From an uncultured Gammaproteobacteria bacterium (GTDB lineage Bacteria; Patescibacteriota; Patescibacteriia; Magasanikbacterales; UBA922), in assembly GCA_964394405.1 (NCBI GenBank), contig CAYMVY010000002.1, positions 128,092 through 192,091 of the forward strand: 64,000 nt of DNA, written 5' to 3'. Positions within the stretch are counted from its first letter, which is position 1. The number at the start of each line of letters is the position of its first letter. The notes beneath the pieces are model-generated. The model saw only the letters and a program-made list of their open reading frames with translations, did no database searches and was not told the origin of the DNA. The translations under genes and the position numbers were made by a program. This document shows, piece after piece, positions 1 through 8,031 of this stretch.

Positions 1-643
1 CATATGCATTGAAATGTGTATCAAATGTTTTTGCGAGCGCTCCTGAGGCTACTGTCTCGAGCATCGGTGTTTCGACCTCGATGAATCCCTTACTGTGCAT
101 GAATTCACGAAGAGCTCGAACCAATTTTGAGCGTGTGAGTATTTTGTCTTTCAAATCTTTGTTTATCAAAAAATCCAGATAGCGTTTTCGCATCTTCAAT
201 TCTTCATCCTGTAGTCCATAAAATTTATCGGGTAGCGGAAGAAGCGCCTTTGTAAGTACATTCCATGAAGTTGCGAGAATCGATTCTTCGCCTTTTTGTG
301 TAACACCTCGAGCACCAGTTATTTCCACAATATCTCCTGCATCAATTTTTTTGACAAATAATTTGTATGATTCATCACCTACATCATCTTTTTTCATGAC
401 TACCTGCATTTTTCCACTCGCATCTTCAATATGGGCGAATGTTAATTTCCCCATTTCTCGCTTGGTCATGATTCTGCCTGCTATAGTCAACTCAGTACCA
501 TGAGGGCTTGCGAGTGCCTCATCGACCATATGAGTTCTGTGTGATTCCCTGGGATAGGCGTCTACTCCCACATCCTTCAAATCTTTGAGTTTTGCAAGTC
601 TAACACTTCTTTCATCATTAATATTGACCAGATTTTGCTCCAT
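1..643 (-). CDS. lysS: Lysyl-tRNA synthetase, N-terminal portion (3' end runs off the window)
   Basis: Reverse-strand translation from ATG at about 641-643 reads MEQNLVNINDERSVRLAKLKDL... and continues into a class II LysRS-like anticodon-binding and catalytic N-terminus to the window edge. Not in the ORF track because it is truncated. Confidence 0.75.
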   Translation of the reverse strand, partial: MEQNLVNINDERSVRLAKLKDLKDVGVDAYPRESHRTHMVDEALASPHGTELTIAGRIMTKREMGKLTFAHIEDASGKMQVVMKKDDVGDESYKLFVKKIDAGDIVEITGARGVTQKGEESILATSWNVLTKALLPLPDKFYGLQDEELKMRKRYLDFLINKDLKDKILTRSKLVRALREFMHSKGFIEVETPMLETVASGALAKTFDTHFNAY

Positions 644-772
644 AAAAACGCTAAATTACGATGTTTTAGTTGGTTTTATAGTATCAGAAACCTCTAAAAA
701 ATACAAACATCCTGTCTATAGGGAAAAAGAAACAAAAAACGCCCTTATTGAGCGTTTTTAACCACGACAAGA

Positions 773-1234
773 TTAGGCGACACTCTCAATCTTGAATTCC
801 TGCGGACCAGCCGGTAATTGTATTACCACCTTGTCCCCCTTTTTTTTATCAAGAAATGCGCTACCCAATGGAGACTCATTGGAAATTCGTCCCTCGACGG
901 GGTTCGCTTCTTGGGCACCCACAATCGTATACTCTTTTTTCTTACCTTTTACCGAGACTACAATTCGGGATCCTATTTCAACTACACCACTTTTTCCATC
1001 TTTTTCTGAAATAACCTCGGCGTTGTCAATTAGATATTCAAGTTCTTTGACACGTGTTTGTGCCCAGGCCATGTCTTCTCGAGCCGCATGGTACTCTGCA
1101 TTTTCAGACAAATCACCCATCTGACGAGCCTCATCAATACGTTTTGCTAGTCCTGGAATTTTTTCCTCTTTCAGCATTTTCAGTTCTTGTTGCAGCTTAT
1201 CAATTTTTTCTTTGGTCATGTATTGTGGTGACAT
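773..1234 (-). CDS. greA: Transcription elongation factor GreA
   Basis: 153 aa. N-terminal coiled coil with the DLSENAEY acidic-tip motif and a C-terminal FKBP-like domain typical of GreA. Confidence 0.9.
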   Translation of the reverse strand: MSPQYMTKEKIDKLQQELKMLKEEKIPGLAKRIDEARQMGDLSENAEYHAAREDMAWAQTRVKELEYLIDNAEVISEKDGKSGVVEIGSRIVVSVKGKKKEYTIVGAQEANPVEGRISNESPLGSAFLDKKKGDKVVIQLPAGPQEFKIESVA

Positions 1235-1380
1235 AGTATCGTCAGTTTATCTATTAAAAAAATCCTTACTTAGTCCGGGATCAAAATTAGTTTAGCATAT
1301 CTCAGTCCAAAGTCAAAAGTCTGTAAAGTCGAAAGTGGAACGTGCATAACTTTATGGACTTTTGACTTTACCACTTTCAA

Positions 1381-3420
1381 CTATTTCCCCGTGTATTTCC
1401 CCCACCATCGGTAAAATTCTGCTGCAATATGTGACGCGGTCCGACTTCCTTCACCACCCTCTTCAAGCATGATAGTTACCACAATCTCGGGCTTGTTGAA
1501 TGGGGCAAATGAGGTGAACCATGCATGCGTGCTTCGATTGGAATTCCATTGAGCAGTACCTGTCTTCCCTGCCACAGAAAAAGGAAGTGAACGAAGAACT
1601 CCGCATGGTCCGGTATCGATACAATCTTTCATACCGAGTTGCACTATTTCTAGATATTGTCTTCCAATAATATTTGTTTTACTTTTTTCTGGTGCGATTA
1701 TTTTTTCTGTTTTTGTTTTTGGGTCAATAGTCGAGTGTACTACATGCGGTCGATATACGGTCCCTTTGTTTGCAATAGTTGCAGTCATTGATGCAATTTG
1801 TAGCGGTGTAGTGAGGAAGTCTCCTTGACCGATTGAAAAATTATACGTATCTCCTACATACCATTCTTCTCCCTTGGTTTGTTTTTTCCATTCCGGAGTC
1901 GGGAGTAGCCCGTCGTATTCACCTGGAATATCGATACCTAGTTTAGTGCCAAATCCATATTTTCTCAAATATTCATTTATTTTGGTCACACCCAACCCTT
2001 CGAAATCTTTGTATCCCCCACCGATATAGTAATAGAATGTATTTACTGACCATGAAATTGATTTTCGCACGTCAGTAATTCCACTTCCAACTGGAGTCCA
2101 GTCTGGAAAAAATCTTCCCCCCACCGAAATACCCCCGGTACTATTTATAGTTGTTTTTGCGGTAATAATTCCTTCGGAGAGTGCTGCGGAGGCAACTGCA
2201 GGCTTGATTACTGACCCTGAAGGGTATGAGCCGCCGATCGCGCGATTAAAGAGCGGGCGATCCTCATTCGCAAGATATTCCGCATACTGTGCTGCGTCGA
2301 TGCCACCTGAAAAATCGTTATTATCAAATCCTGGCAGACTCACGAGTGCAAGCACTTCACCATTTTGTGGATTCAATACTACTCCAGATGCGCGAGTGCG
2401 ATCATTTTTTTTCAACCACTCTTTGAGTATTTCTTCCAGTTTGTCTTGCATCTTGTAATCAATTGACAACTTGATGTGATTACCTGGCGTGGGATCGATT
2501 GCAGCGAGTACTGTCTGTTCTGCGCCTTTTGCATTTACCTCAATACGCTTTTGTCCATAACTTCCTCGCATGATACCTTCGTATGACTGCTCCACCCCTG
2601 TTTTTCCAATAGAATCTGATGGTAAATATCCTTTCTCATATAGATTCTCTAGTTCTTCAGGCGAAAGTTTTCCAATATACCCGAGGATGTGAGAAAGCGA
2701 GCTTGCTTGTGACGATTTTTCTATTTTCTCAACCTCTGTCTCTGATAGGAGTTTTGTTGTGGTTGAGAGCACGATAGCTTCTGGATTTTTGGTGAGGTAT
2801 AGCCGTTTACTACCGCGCTGAATGGTAATCCCTGGAAGAGTATCTGATGCGATGAGAATTTTTAGCGCCGCGTCATAGGGAATATCTTCGGTTATGACGA
2901 TTGAGTCATGTCGGTAATTGCGGTATTTGTGGAGTACGTCCTCTATACCTTCAGCATCACTACCGGTGATCTCTGCTAACCCTTGTATTACTTTCTGTAA
3001 TTCATTTCTATCTCGCGGAAGGTCCTGGGGAATTACGGCAAGTGAGAAATTGGGAATGTTTTCGGTCAATTGTATTCCATTCCGATCATAGATGACGCCA
3101 CGTTCTGCAGGAACAGGAATAATTCTCTGTCTGTTTCCCTCTGCTTTTACCTCAAATGCGTTTCGTTCGAGAATTTGGATATATACAAGTCTTCCCATCA
3201 TTCCCAGAATAAGTATGGTTGCAATCGCTAGAAATAGAAACATTTTTCTGTCAGAAAAGCTGGTACCGATATGTGAAGTTCCGGAATGTCTGATATCCTC
3301 GCTTTGTGAAATACTTTTTGGTGTAAAGGAATTTTCAATCCATGCCAATCGGTATTTGCCATGTAGTGTATCTTTTTCTAGATCTTTTCCTGGAGTTTTT
3401 GCAAATGGGTCGATGAACAT
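1381..3420 (-). CDS. mrdA: Penicillin-binding protein 2 (peptidoglycan D,D-transpeptidase) of the elongasome
   Basis: 679 aa. N-terminal TM, PBP dimerisation domain and transpeptidase domain with the KTG motif (VAGKTGTAQ). Lies directly downstream of mreBCD. Confidence 0.85.
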   Translation of the reverse strand: MFIDPFAKTPGKDLEKDTLHGKYRLAWIENSFTPKSISQSEDIRHSGTSHIGTSFSDRKMFLFLAIATILILGMMGRLVYIQILERNAFEVKAEGNRQRIIPVPAERGVIYDRNGIQLTENIPNFSLAVIPQDLPRDRNELQKVIQGLAEITGSDAEGIEDVLHKYRNYRHDSIVITEDIPYDAALKILIASDTLPGITIQRGSKRLYLTKNPEAIVLSTTTKLLSETEVEKIEKSSQASSLSHILGYIGKLSPEELENLYEKGYLPSDSIGKTGVEQSYEGIMRGSYGQKRIEVNAKGAEQTVLAAIDPTPGNHIKLSIDYKMQDKLEEILKEWLKKNDRTRASGVVLNPQNGEVLALVSLPGFDNNDFSGGIDAAQYAEYLANEDRPLFNRAIGGSYPSGSVIKPAVASAALSEGIITAKTTINSTGGISVGGRFFPDWTPVGSGITDVRKSISWSVNTFYYYIGGGYKDFEGLGVTKINEYLRKYGFGTKLGIDIPGEYDGLLPTPEWKKQTKGEEWYVGDTYNFSIGQGDFLTTPLQIASMTATIANKGTVYRPHVVHSTIDPKTKTEKIIAPEKSKTNIIGRQYLEIVQLGMKDCIDTGPCGVLRSLPFSVAGKTGTAQWNSNRSTHAWFTSFAPFNKPEIVVTIMLEEGGEGSRTASHIAAEFYRWWGKYTGK

Positions 3421-3454
3421 ATTCTAAAAAGGCACAAGATGAATATCGCAACAG

Positions 3455-4006
3455 TTAAGAATATCGTATTCTCTCCTTTGTAACCATATTACCTACTTTG
3501 AGTAGTATTGCATAGAGCGGTATTGAGATGAGCGCGGTGGTAAGGATTTCGATACCGAATCGTTGTATTAATGAAGTAGAAATGATACTTGATTCCTCCT
3601 GTGCGAGGATACTTGCGAGAGTAGTTCCAGAGATGTAGAGCAATTTATATACCGTCATTCCGAATACCGTGAGTATGCCCGCAGTCCAGATTGAGAGATT
3701 GGTAAAAATTTCTTCAAAGAACCAGAAAACTCCGAGCACGCTGAATACCCCTGCGCACAATTGTATACCGAATGGTTGAGAAGCAAGAATATCCAGAATC
3801 ATATAGATGCTAAAAGCAAACCAGACGATTTTTCCGCGAGCACCGCGCATGATTACAATTACAAAGAATAACATGAGTATGTCAATGTAGGTAAATACTC
3901 CTGGGAGCAGATTGGTGAGAAAGAGTTTTAAAAAAATTAACCCTGCTATTAGGGTTCCATACCATAAGCCGAGTATGATTTTTTTTGCGATATTATTCTG
4001 TCGCAT
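3455..4006 (-). CDS. mreD: Rod shape-determining protein MreD-like polytopic membrane protein
   Basis: 183 aa, very hydrophobic, multi-TM. Sits between mreC and pbp2 and overlaps the mreC stop by 14 nt. Confidence 0.55.
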   Translation of the reverse strand: MRQNNIAKKIILGLWYGTLIAGLIFLKLFLTNLLPGVFTYIDILMLFFVIVIMRGARGKIVWFAFSIYMILDILASQPFGIQLCAGVFSVLGVFWFFEEIFTNLSIWTAGILTVFGMTVYKLLYISGTTLASILAQEESSIISTSLIQRFGIEILTTALISIPLYAILLKVGNMVTKERIRYS

Positions 4007-4796
4007 GTGTGGTGGTAGTGATAATAATTGAGACTGTGTTTACGTATGAGAGGTCGGCAATCGGATTGAGAATCGCCTGTTGAAATGGTTGCAAAGGTTG
4101 TTTTTCTATAAATTCCACTTTTCCTATCATGAGGCCGCGAGGCATATTCTCTGTGAGTCCTGAGGTGACGACAATATCACCTGGATTTACAATTTCGTTT
4201 TGTGGAATAAAGTTCATCTGTACTCCGATATCATATCCTCCCTCGACAAGCCCGATGGTCCGCTCTCCATTGAGGAGTGTTGCTCCAATTTTGCTCTGAT
4301 TATCATTAATCAATCGGACGTGAGAAATCGTATCGAATGCCTGAATTACAGTTCCAACCAACACTCCATCACCTACGATGACTGGGTTTGTTGCTACAAC
4401 ACCATCGGCTAACCCTCTATTGATCGTTACGACGGTGCTTAGCGGGTCTACTGTTCTCCCGATTACCTCAGCACCCACACGTTCAAATGAATGTTTTGAA
4501 AAAAAACTAAGCTGCTTGCGTAGCTCTTCATTTTCTTCTTTTAATTGCACCAGTTCGGCTGTATCGATTGCGCATACGGCTTCTACTAGCTCTCGATCAA
4601 ACGTCTGGGTAAGCTTTTCATTGATTGAATTTTCTCTATCTACACCCAATTCCCTACTATACGAAAATTGTGAACCTTTATAAAAAAAACGTAGAATGAA
4701 GTTTTCTAGCGGTTTCAATACTCCGAGTGACTGCATTACAACAACGCTCAAAATTATGATACCTATACTTACTATTGTCCGGTATCTTTTTTTCAT
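3993..4796 (-). CDS. mreC: Rod shape-determining protein MreC
   Basis: 267 aa. N-terminal TM, coiled coil (ELVQLKEENEELRKQL), then beta-rich domain with G-rich motifs (VVTSGL..). Immediately downstream of mreB. Confidence 0.8.
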   Translation of the reverse strand: MKKRYRTIVSIGIIILSVVVMQSLGVLKPLENFILRFFYKGSQFSYSRELGVDRENSINEKLTQTFDRELVEAVCAIDTAELVQLKEENEELRKQLSFFSKHSFERVGAEVIGRTVDPLSTVVTINRGLADGVVATNPVIVGDGVLVGTVIQAFDTISHVRLINDNQSKIGATLLNGERTIGLVEGGYDIGVQMNFIPQNEIVNPGDIVVTSGLTENMPRGLMIGKVEFIEKQPLQPFQQAILNPIADLSYVNTVSIIITTTTHATE

Positions 4797-4809
4797 ATAA
4801 CTCTACGTA

Positions 4810-5853
4810 TTATATCTCTCTCGCTGAAGGAAGGGTGACTTGTTTCAATAGTTCGTCATCTTCGAGTAGTAATCCCGCGCCACGTACTACGGCTGTCAAT
4901 GGATCATCGGCAACTCTCACCGGTATCTCTGCTGCGCGAGCAATGACTACGTCGAGGCCTTCGAGCAATGCGCCTCCACCGACCAATAGAATACCCCGCT
5001 CGTGAATATCTGCGGTCAGTTCAGGTGGGGTGACTTCGAGTGTCATTTTGATATGATCGACAATTGTCTTTACACTGCGACTGAGCGCCTGTCTCACATG
5101 TTCGTCTGAAACCATAATTTCCTTTGGAAGACCAGTAACTGAATCTCGTCCGCGCATCGGGAACTCAACACGTTCTTTTCGTGGCAGTGCTCCTCCTGCT
5201 TTTATTTTTATTTCTTCTGCATGCGCTTCACCCACGAGGAGTTTGAATACTTCTCTCGCATATTGAATAATATTTCGATTCATTTCATCACCTGCGATTT
5301 TGGTGGATTTCCAGGTCACTACACCGCTGAGAGAAATGATTGCAATCTCGGTGTTGCCACCACCAATATCTACAATCATATTTCCGACCGGGTCACGCAC
5401 GGGCATGCGCGCACCAATTGCTGCTGCCATAGGCTCCTGGACGATATACACTTCTTTTGCCCCTGCAGCGAGAGTTGCATCCTCTACCGCCTTCACCTCT
5501 ACCTCAGTCACATCGAGGGGCACCACAATGACCACGCGAGGTCTGGTGAAGAAAGAAAAAGAGGATTTGGTGACTTTCTCAATAAAAAATTTGAGCATTT
5601 TTTCAGTAACTTCATAATCAGAAATAACTCCTCCGGAAAGCGGACGAGTCACTTCGATATGTGGCGGGGTTTTTCCCAACATCTCCTTTGCCTCATGCCC
5701 CACAGCGAGAATCTGCTCTGTTTTGGTATTTATCGCAACGAATGATGGTTCATTGATCACGATCCCCTTCTCAGGGCTATACACCAGCGTATTCGCTGTC
5801 CCTAGATCGATTGCGAGACTACTGTTTTTGGCTTTAAACCAGTTTTTGATCAT
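4810..5853 (-). CDS. mreB: Rod shape-determining actin homolog MreB
   Basis: 347 aa. Classical MreB motifs: LAIDLGTANTLVY, phosphate-1/2 and adenosine motifs, DIGGGTTEIA-like. Confidence 0.95.
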   Translation of the reverse strand: MIKNWFKAKNSSLAIDLGTANTLVYSPEKGIVINEPSFVAINTKTEQILAVGHEAKEMLGKTPPHIEVTRPLSGGVISDYEVTEKMLKFFIEKVTKSSFSFFTRPRVVIVVPLDVTEVEVKAVEDATLAAGAKEVYIVQEPMAAAIGARMPVRDPVGNMIVDIGGGNTEIAIISLSGVVTWKSTKIAGDEMNRNIIQYAREVFKLLVGEAHAEEIKIKAGGALPRKERVEFPMRGRDSVTGLPKEIMVSDEHVRQALSRSVKTIVDHIKMTLEVTPPELTADIHERGILLVGGGALLEGLDVVIARAAEIPVRVADDPLTAVVRGAGLLLEDDELLKQVTLPSAREI

Positions 5854-5866
5854 ATCTTTGTTTTGT

Positions 5867-5936
5867 GGTCTGATTTAATAGCACACAGATACCCAGATTC
5901 ACCCGGATTTAATCCCGGATTATCCTGAGAATTTGT
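5867..5936. repeat. About 70-nt palindromic intergenic element, copy 1, in the mreB 5' leader
   Basis: ttaatagcacacagat...tgtgtgctatt. An 11-bp terminal inverted repeat encloses cccggatttaatcccgga. Shares a 16-nt identical core and further similarity with the copy at 29579-29645. Confidence 0.5.
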
Positions 5937-5946
5937 GTGCTATTGT

Positions 5947-7194
5947 TTACTTCGCTGAGGATACAAATTCTTCAATCGTTATGATTGTTGATTTTTCTTC
6001 TGAACGTTTTTTAAATTCAACAGAATTATTCGCGAGTGTTTTTGGACTCACGACGACACGCACTGGAATTCCGATCAGGTCACTGTCTGCAAATTTTTCT
6101 CCAGCACGCATATCGCGATCGTCGTAGAGTACTTCAATACCTTTTTTTATTAACTGCTCATACAGATCATTGCACTTTGCAATATCACTACTTTCTCTGC
6201 ACAGCGATACAAGGTGGATTTTGAATGGAGCGACAGATTCTGGCCAGAGAATTCCCTTTTCATCATTGCGTAGTTCAACTACTGTTCCCATCAATCGTCC
6301 GAGCCCAATACCGTAACTTCCCATAATGACTGGGTATAGCTTTCCATCCTCATCGGTAAACGAAAGATTGAGTGGTTCTGAAAATCTTGTTCCCAAACTA
6401 AAAATATTACCCACTTCAACAGCTTTTTCTAAGGCAAGATCTTCTTTTGCAATGCCTAGATCAGCGAGAACCTCATCAGTGTATACTTCTTTATTAATCG
6501 CCAGTTTCTTTTCCTTCTCTACATAAATTTCGTCCTCTCCTGCCTCAGTCAGTGTCTGAAATTCATGAGAATATTTTGAAAAACTTCCGCCTGATGCAAA
6601 CGTCAGGTATGTTTTTTCTCCAATTCCTACACGCGAGAAGACTCGATGATAAGCATCCTTTACCTGTTCATAGAATGCACCATGCTCTTCTTCGGTTCTT
6701 GAAAAAGAATACAGATCTTTCATCACAAACTCACGTCCGCGCATGATTCCGCTTTTTGAGCGAAGTTCATTTCTGAATTTAGTTTGAAATTGGTACACTC
6801 CGCATGGTAAGTCTTTGTACGAACTAATAAAATTCGTCATGAGAGTTGTCAGAGGCTCTTCGTGAGTAAACGCCAGTCCAAGTTCAGTATCATTTTTTAA
6901 TTTTGTTTTAAACCAATTATCTACCACCTCGTCGATCCATCTGCCCGTTTTTTCCCAGGTGGTTTTTTCTTGAAGTGCGGTTAGAGATACTTCTTGCCCA
7001 CCTATAGCACTCATCTCCTCTCTGATAATCTGTTCAATTTTTTTTAAAACTCGAAGTCCGAGTGGTAATAATGAATACACCCCTGCCATTTCTTTGTGAA
7101 TAAAACCTGCACGAATCAATAATTGTGCATTTTTTGATACTTCATCTCCGGGAGCTTCTTTTCTGGTTTTGGTAAATAACTGTGTTTGTCTCAT
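5947..7194 (-). CDS. proS: Prolyl-tRNA synthetase, short bacterial form without editing (INS) domain
   Basis: 415 aa. Class II motifs, proline-binding region and C-terminal anticodon-binding domain. No insertion domain, judged by length. Confidence 0.9.
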   Translation of the reverse strand: MRQTQLFTKTRKEAPGDEVSKNAQLLIRAGFIHKEMAGVYSLLPLGLRVLKKIEQIIREEMSAIGGQEVSLTALQEKTTWEKTGRWIDEVVDNWFKTKLKNDTELGLAFTHEEPLTTLMTNFISSYKDLPCGVYQFQTKFRNELRSKSGIMRGREFVMKDLYSFSRTEEEHGAFYEQVKDAYHRVFSRVGIGEKTYLTFASGGSFSKYSHEFQTLTEAGEDEIYVEKEKKLAINKEVYTDEVLADLGIAKEDLALEKAVEVGNIFSLGTRFSEPLNLSFTDEDGKLYPVIMGSYGIGLGRLMGTVVELRNDEKGILWPESVAPFKIHLVSLCRESSDIAKCNDLYEQLIKKGIEVLYDDRDMRAGEKFADSDLIGIPVRVVVSPKTLANNSVEFKKRSEEKSTIITIEEFVSSAK

Positions 7195-7199
7195 AAAAA

Positions 7200-7604
7200 T
7201 TAATGTTGGGTCAAATGTTTCTTGGTAAAATTACTCAAAGATAAATCAAACGAAACCACAACAATACAGATGGTTCCAAACACGAGGGCATTGAATAGAC
7301 CTAGTACTGACATAGATTGGAGATAGAGTCCTGCGATTGCGAGAACACTTAGTATACATGCTGTTCTGAAACTCATGCGCACATGTCGGAACAGTGGCAT
7401 CTCCCGGACTCCAAATAGTCGATAAATTCCAAACACAATGAGGGAAATCGTGCCAATGAGCGCAAAAAGCAGGCTGATATAGAAAAAAGCAAACCCCATT
7501 GCACCTGTCTGAAATGGATCAATATTCAGAATAACAAAAATCCATGCTGCCCAGCAGAGTAGTGTCGAGAATATCATGGTTACGAGGTACTGTTTCAAGT
7601 TCAT
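7200..7604 (-). CDS. Hypothetical polytopic membrane protein
   Basis: 134 aa, four predicted TM helices, no recognisable motifs. Confidence 0.45.
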   Translation of the reverse strand: MNLKQYLVTMIFSTLLCWAAWIFVILNIDPFQTGAMGFAFFYISLLFALIGTISLIVFGIYRLFGVREMPLFRHVRMSFRTACILSVLAIAGLYLQSMSVLGLFNALVFGTICIVVVSFDLSLSNFTKKHLTQH

Positions 7605-7664
7605 ACCAATCGGTTAACTTCATACAGAATAACACGCTCGCCTATACTTTGCAACCTCAAAAAA

Positions 7665-7964
7665 TCATGCAAGATAGCGTACGCGGTCTACCTCATTTTT
7701 TCCTATTTTTTCGTTTATTTTAGCCACAATCTCAAGTTGTCGTAGTCGAATTTCCTGAGCAACCGATGAACTTCCGCAACTCACGGTTAGTGTCCTGTTT
7801 TTGAGGAAGAGTGGGCGGACATGAGCACCAATTTCTGCTCCAAGCAGACTTTCAATAACTTCCTTTGCAACTTCAACCACGTTTGATGTCTCGATCTGAC
7901 GCTTAAGCGTACTGTTTCCAGATAACTTTGAAAGTATTGTGTCGCCCAGTGGGGTGAAAGGCAT
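7665..7964 (-). CDS. DUF721 (DciA-like) family small protein
   Basis: 99 aa. Length and sequence character recalled to resemble DUF721 proteins. The call is by recollection, not search. Confidence 0.4.
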   Translation of the reverse strand: MPFTPLGDTILSKLSGNSTLKRQIETSNVVEVAKEVIESLLGAEIGAHVRPLFLKNRTLTVSCGSSSVAQEIRLRQLEIVAKINEKIGKNEVDRVRYLA

Positions 7965-8031
7965 AGAAGTTTAATTAGTAACACTGTAACACTAATGAAG
8001 TAAAAAGGCAAAAGAATTGAACTTCAGTATT

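Noticed and set aside
5221-5745. 174-aa ORF antisense to mreB
   Set aside because: Overlaps a strongly conserved gene on the opposite strand. No motifs.
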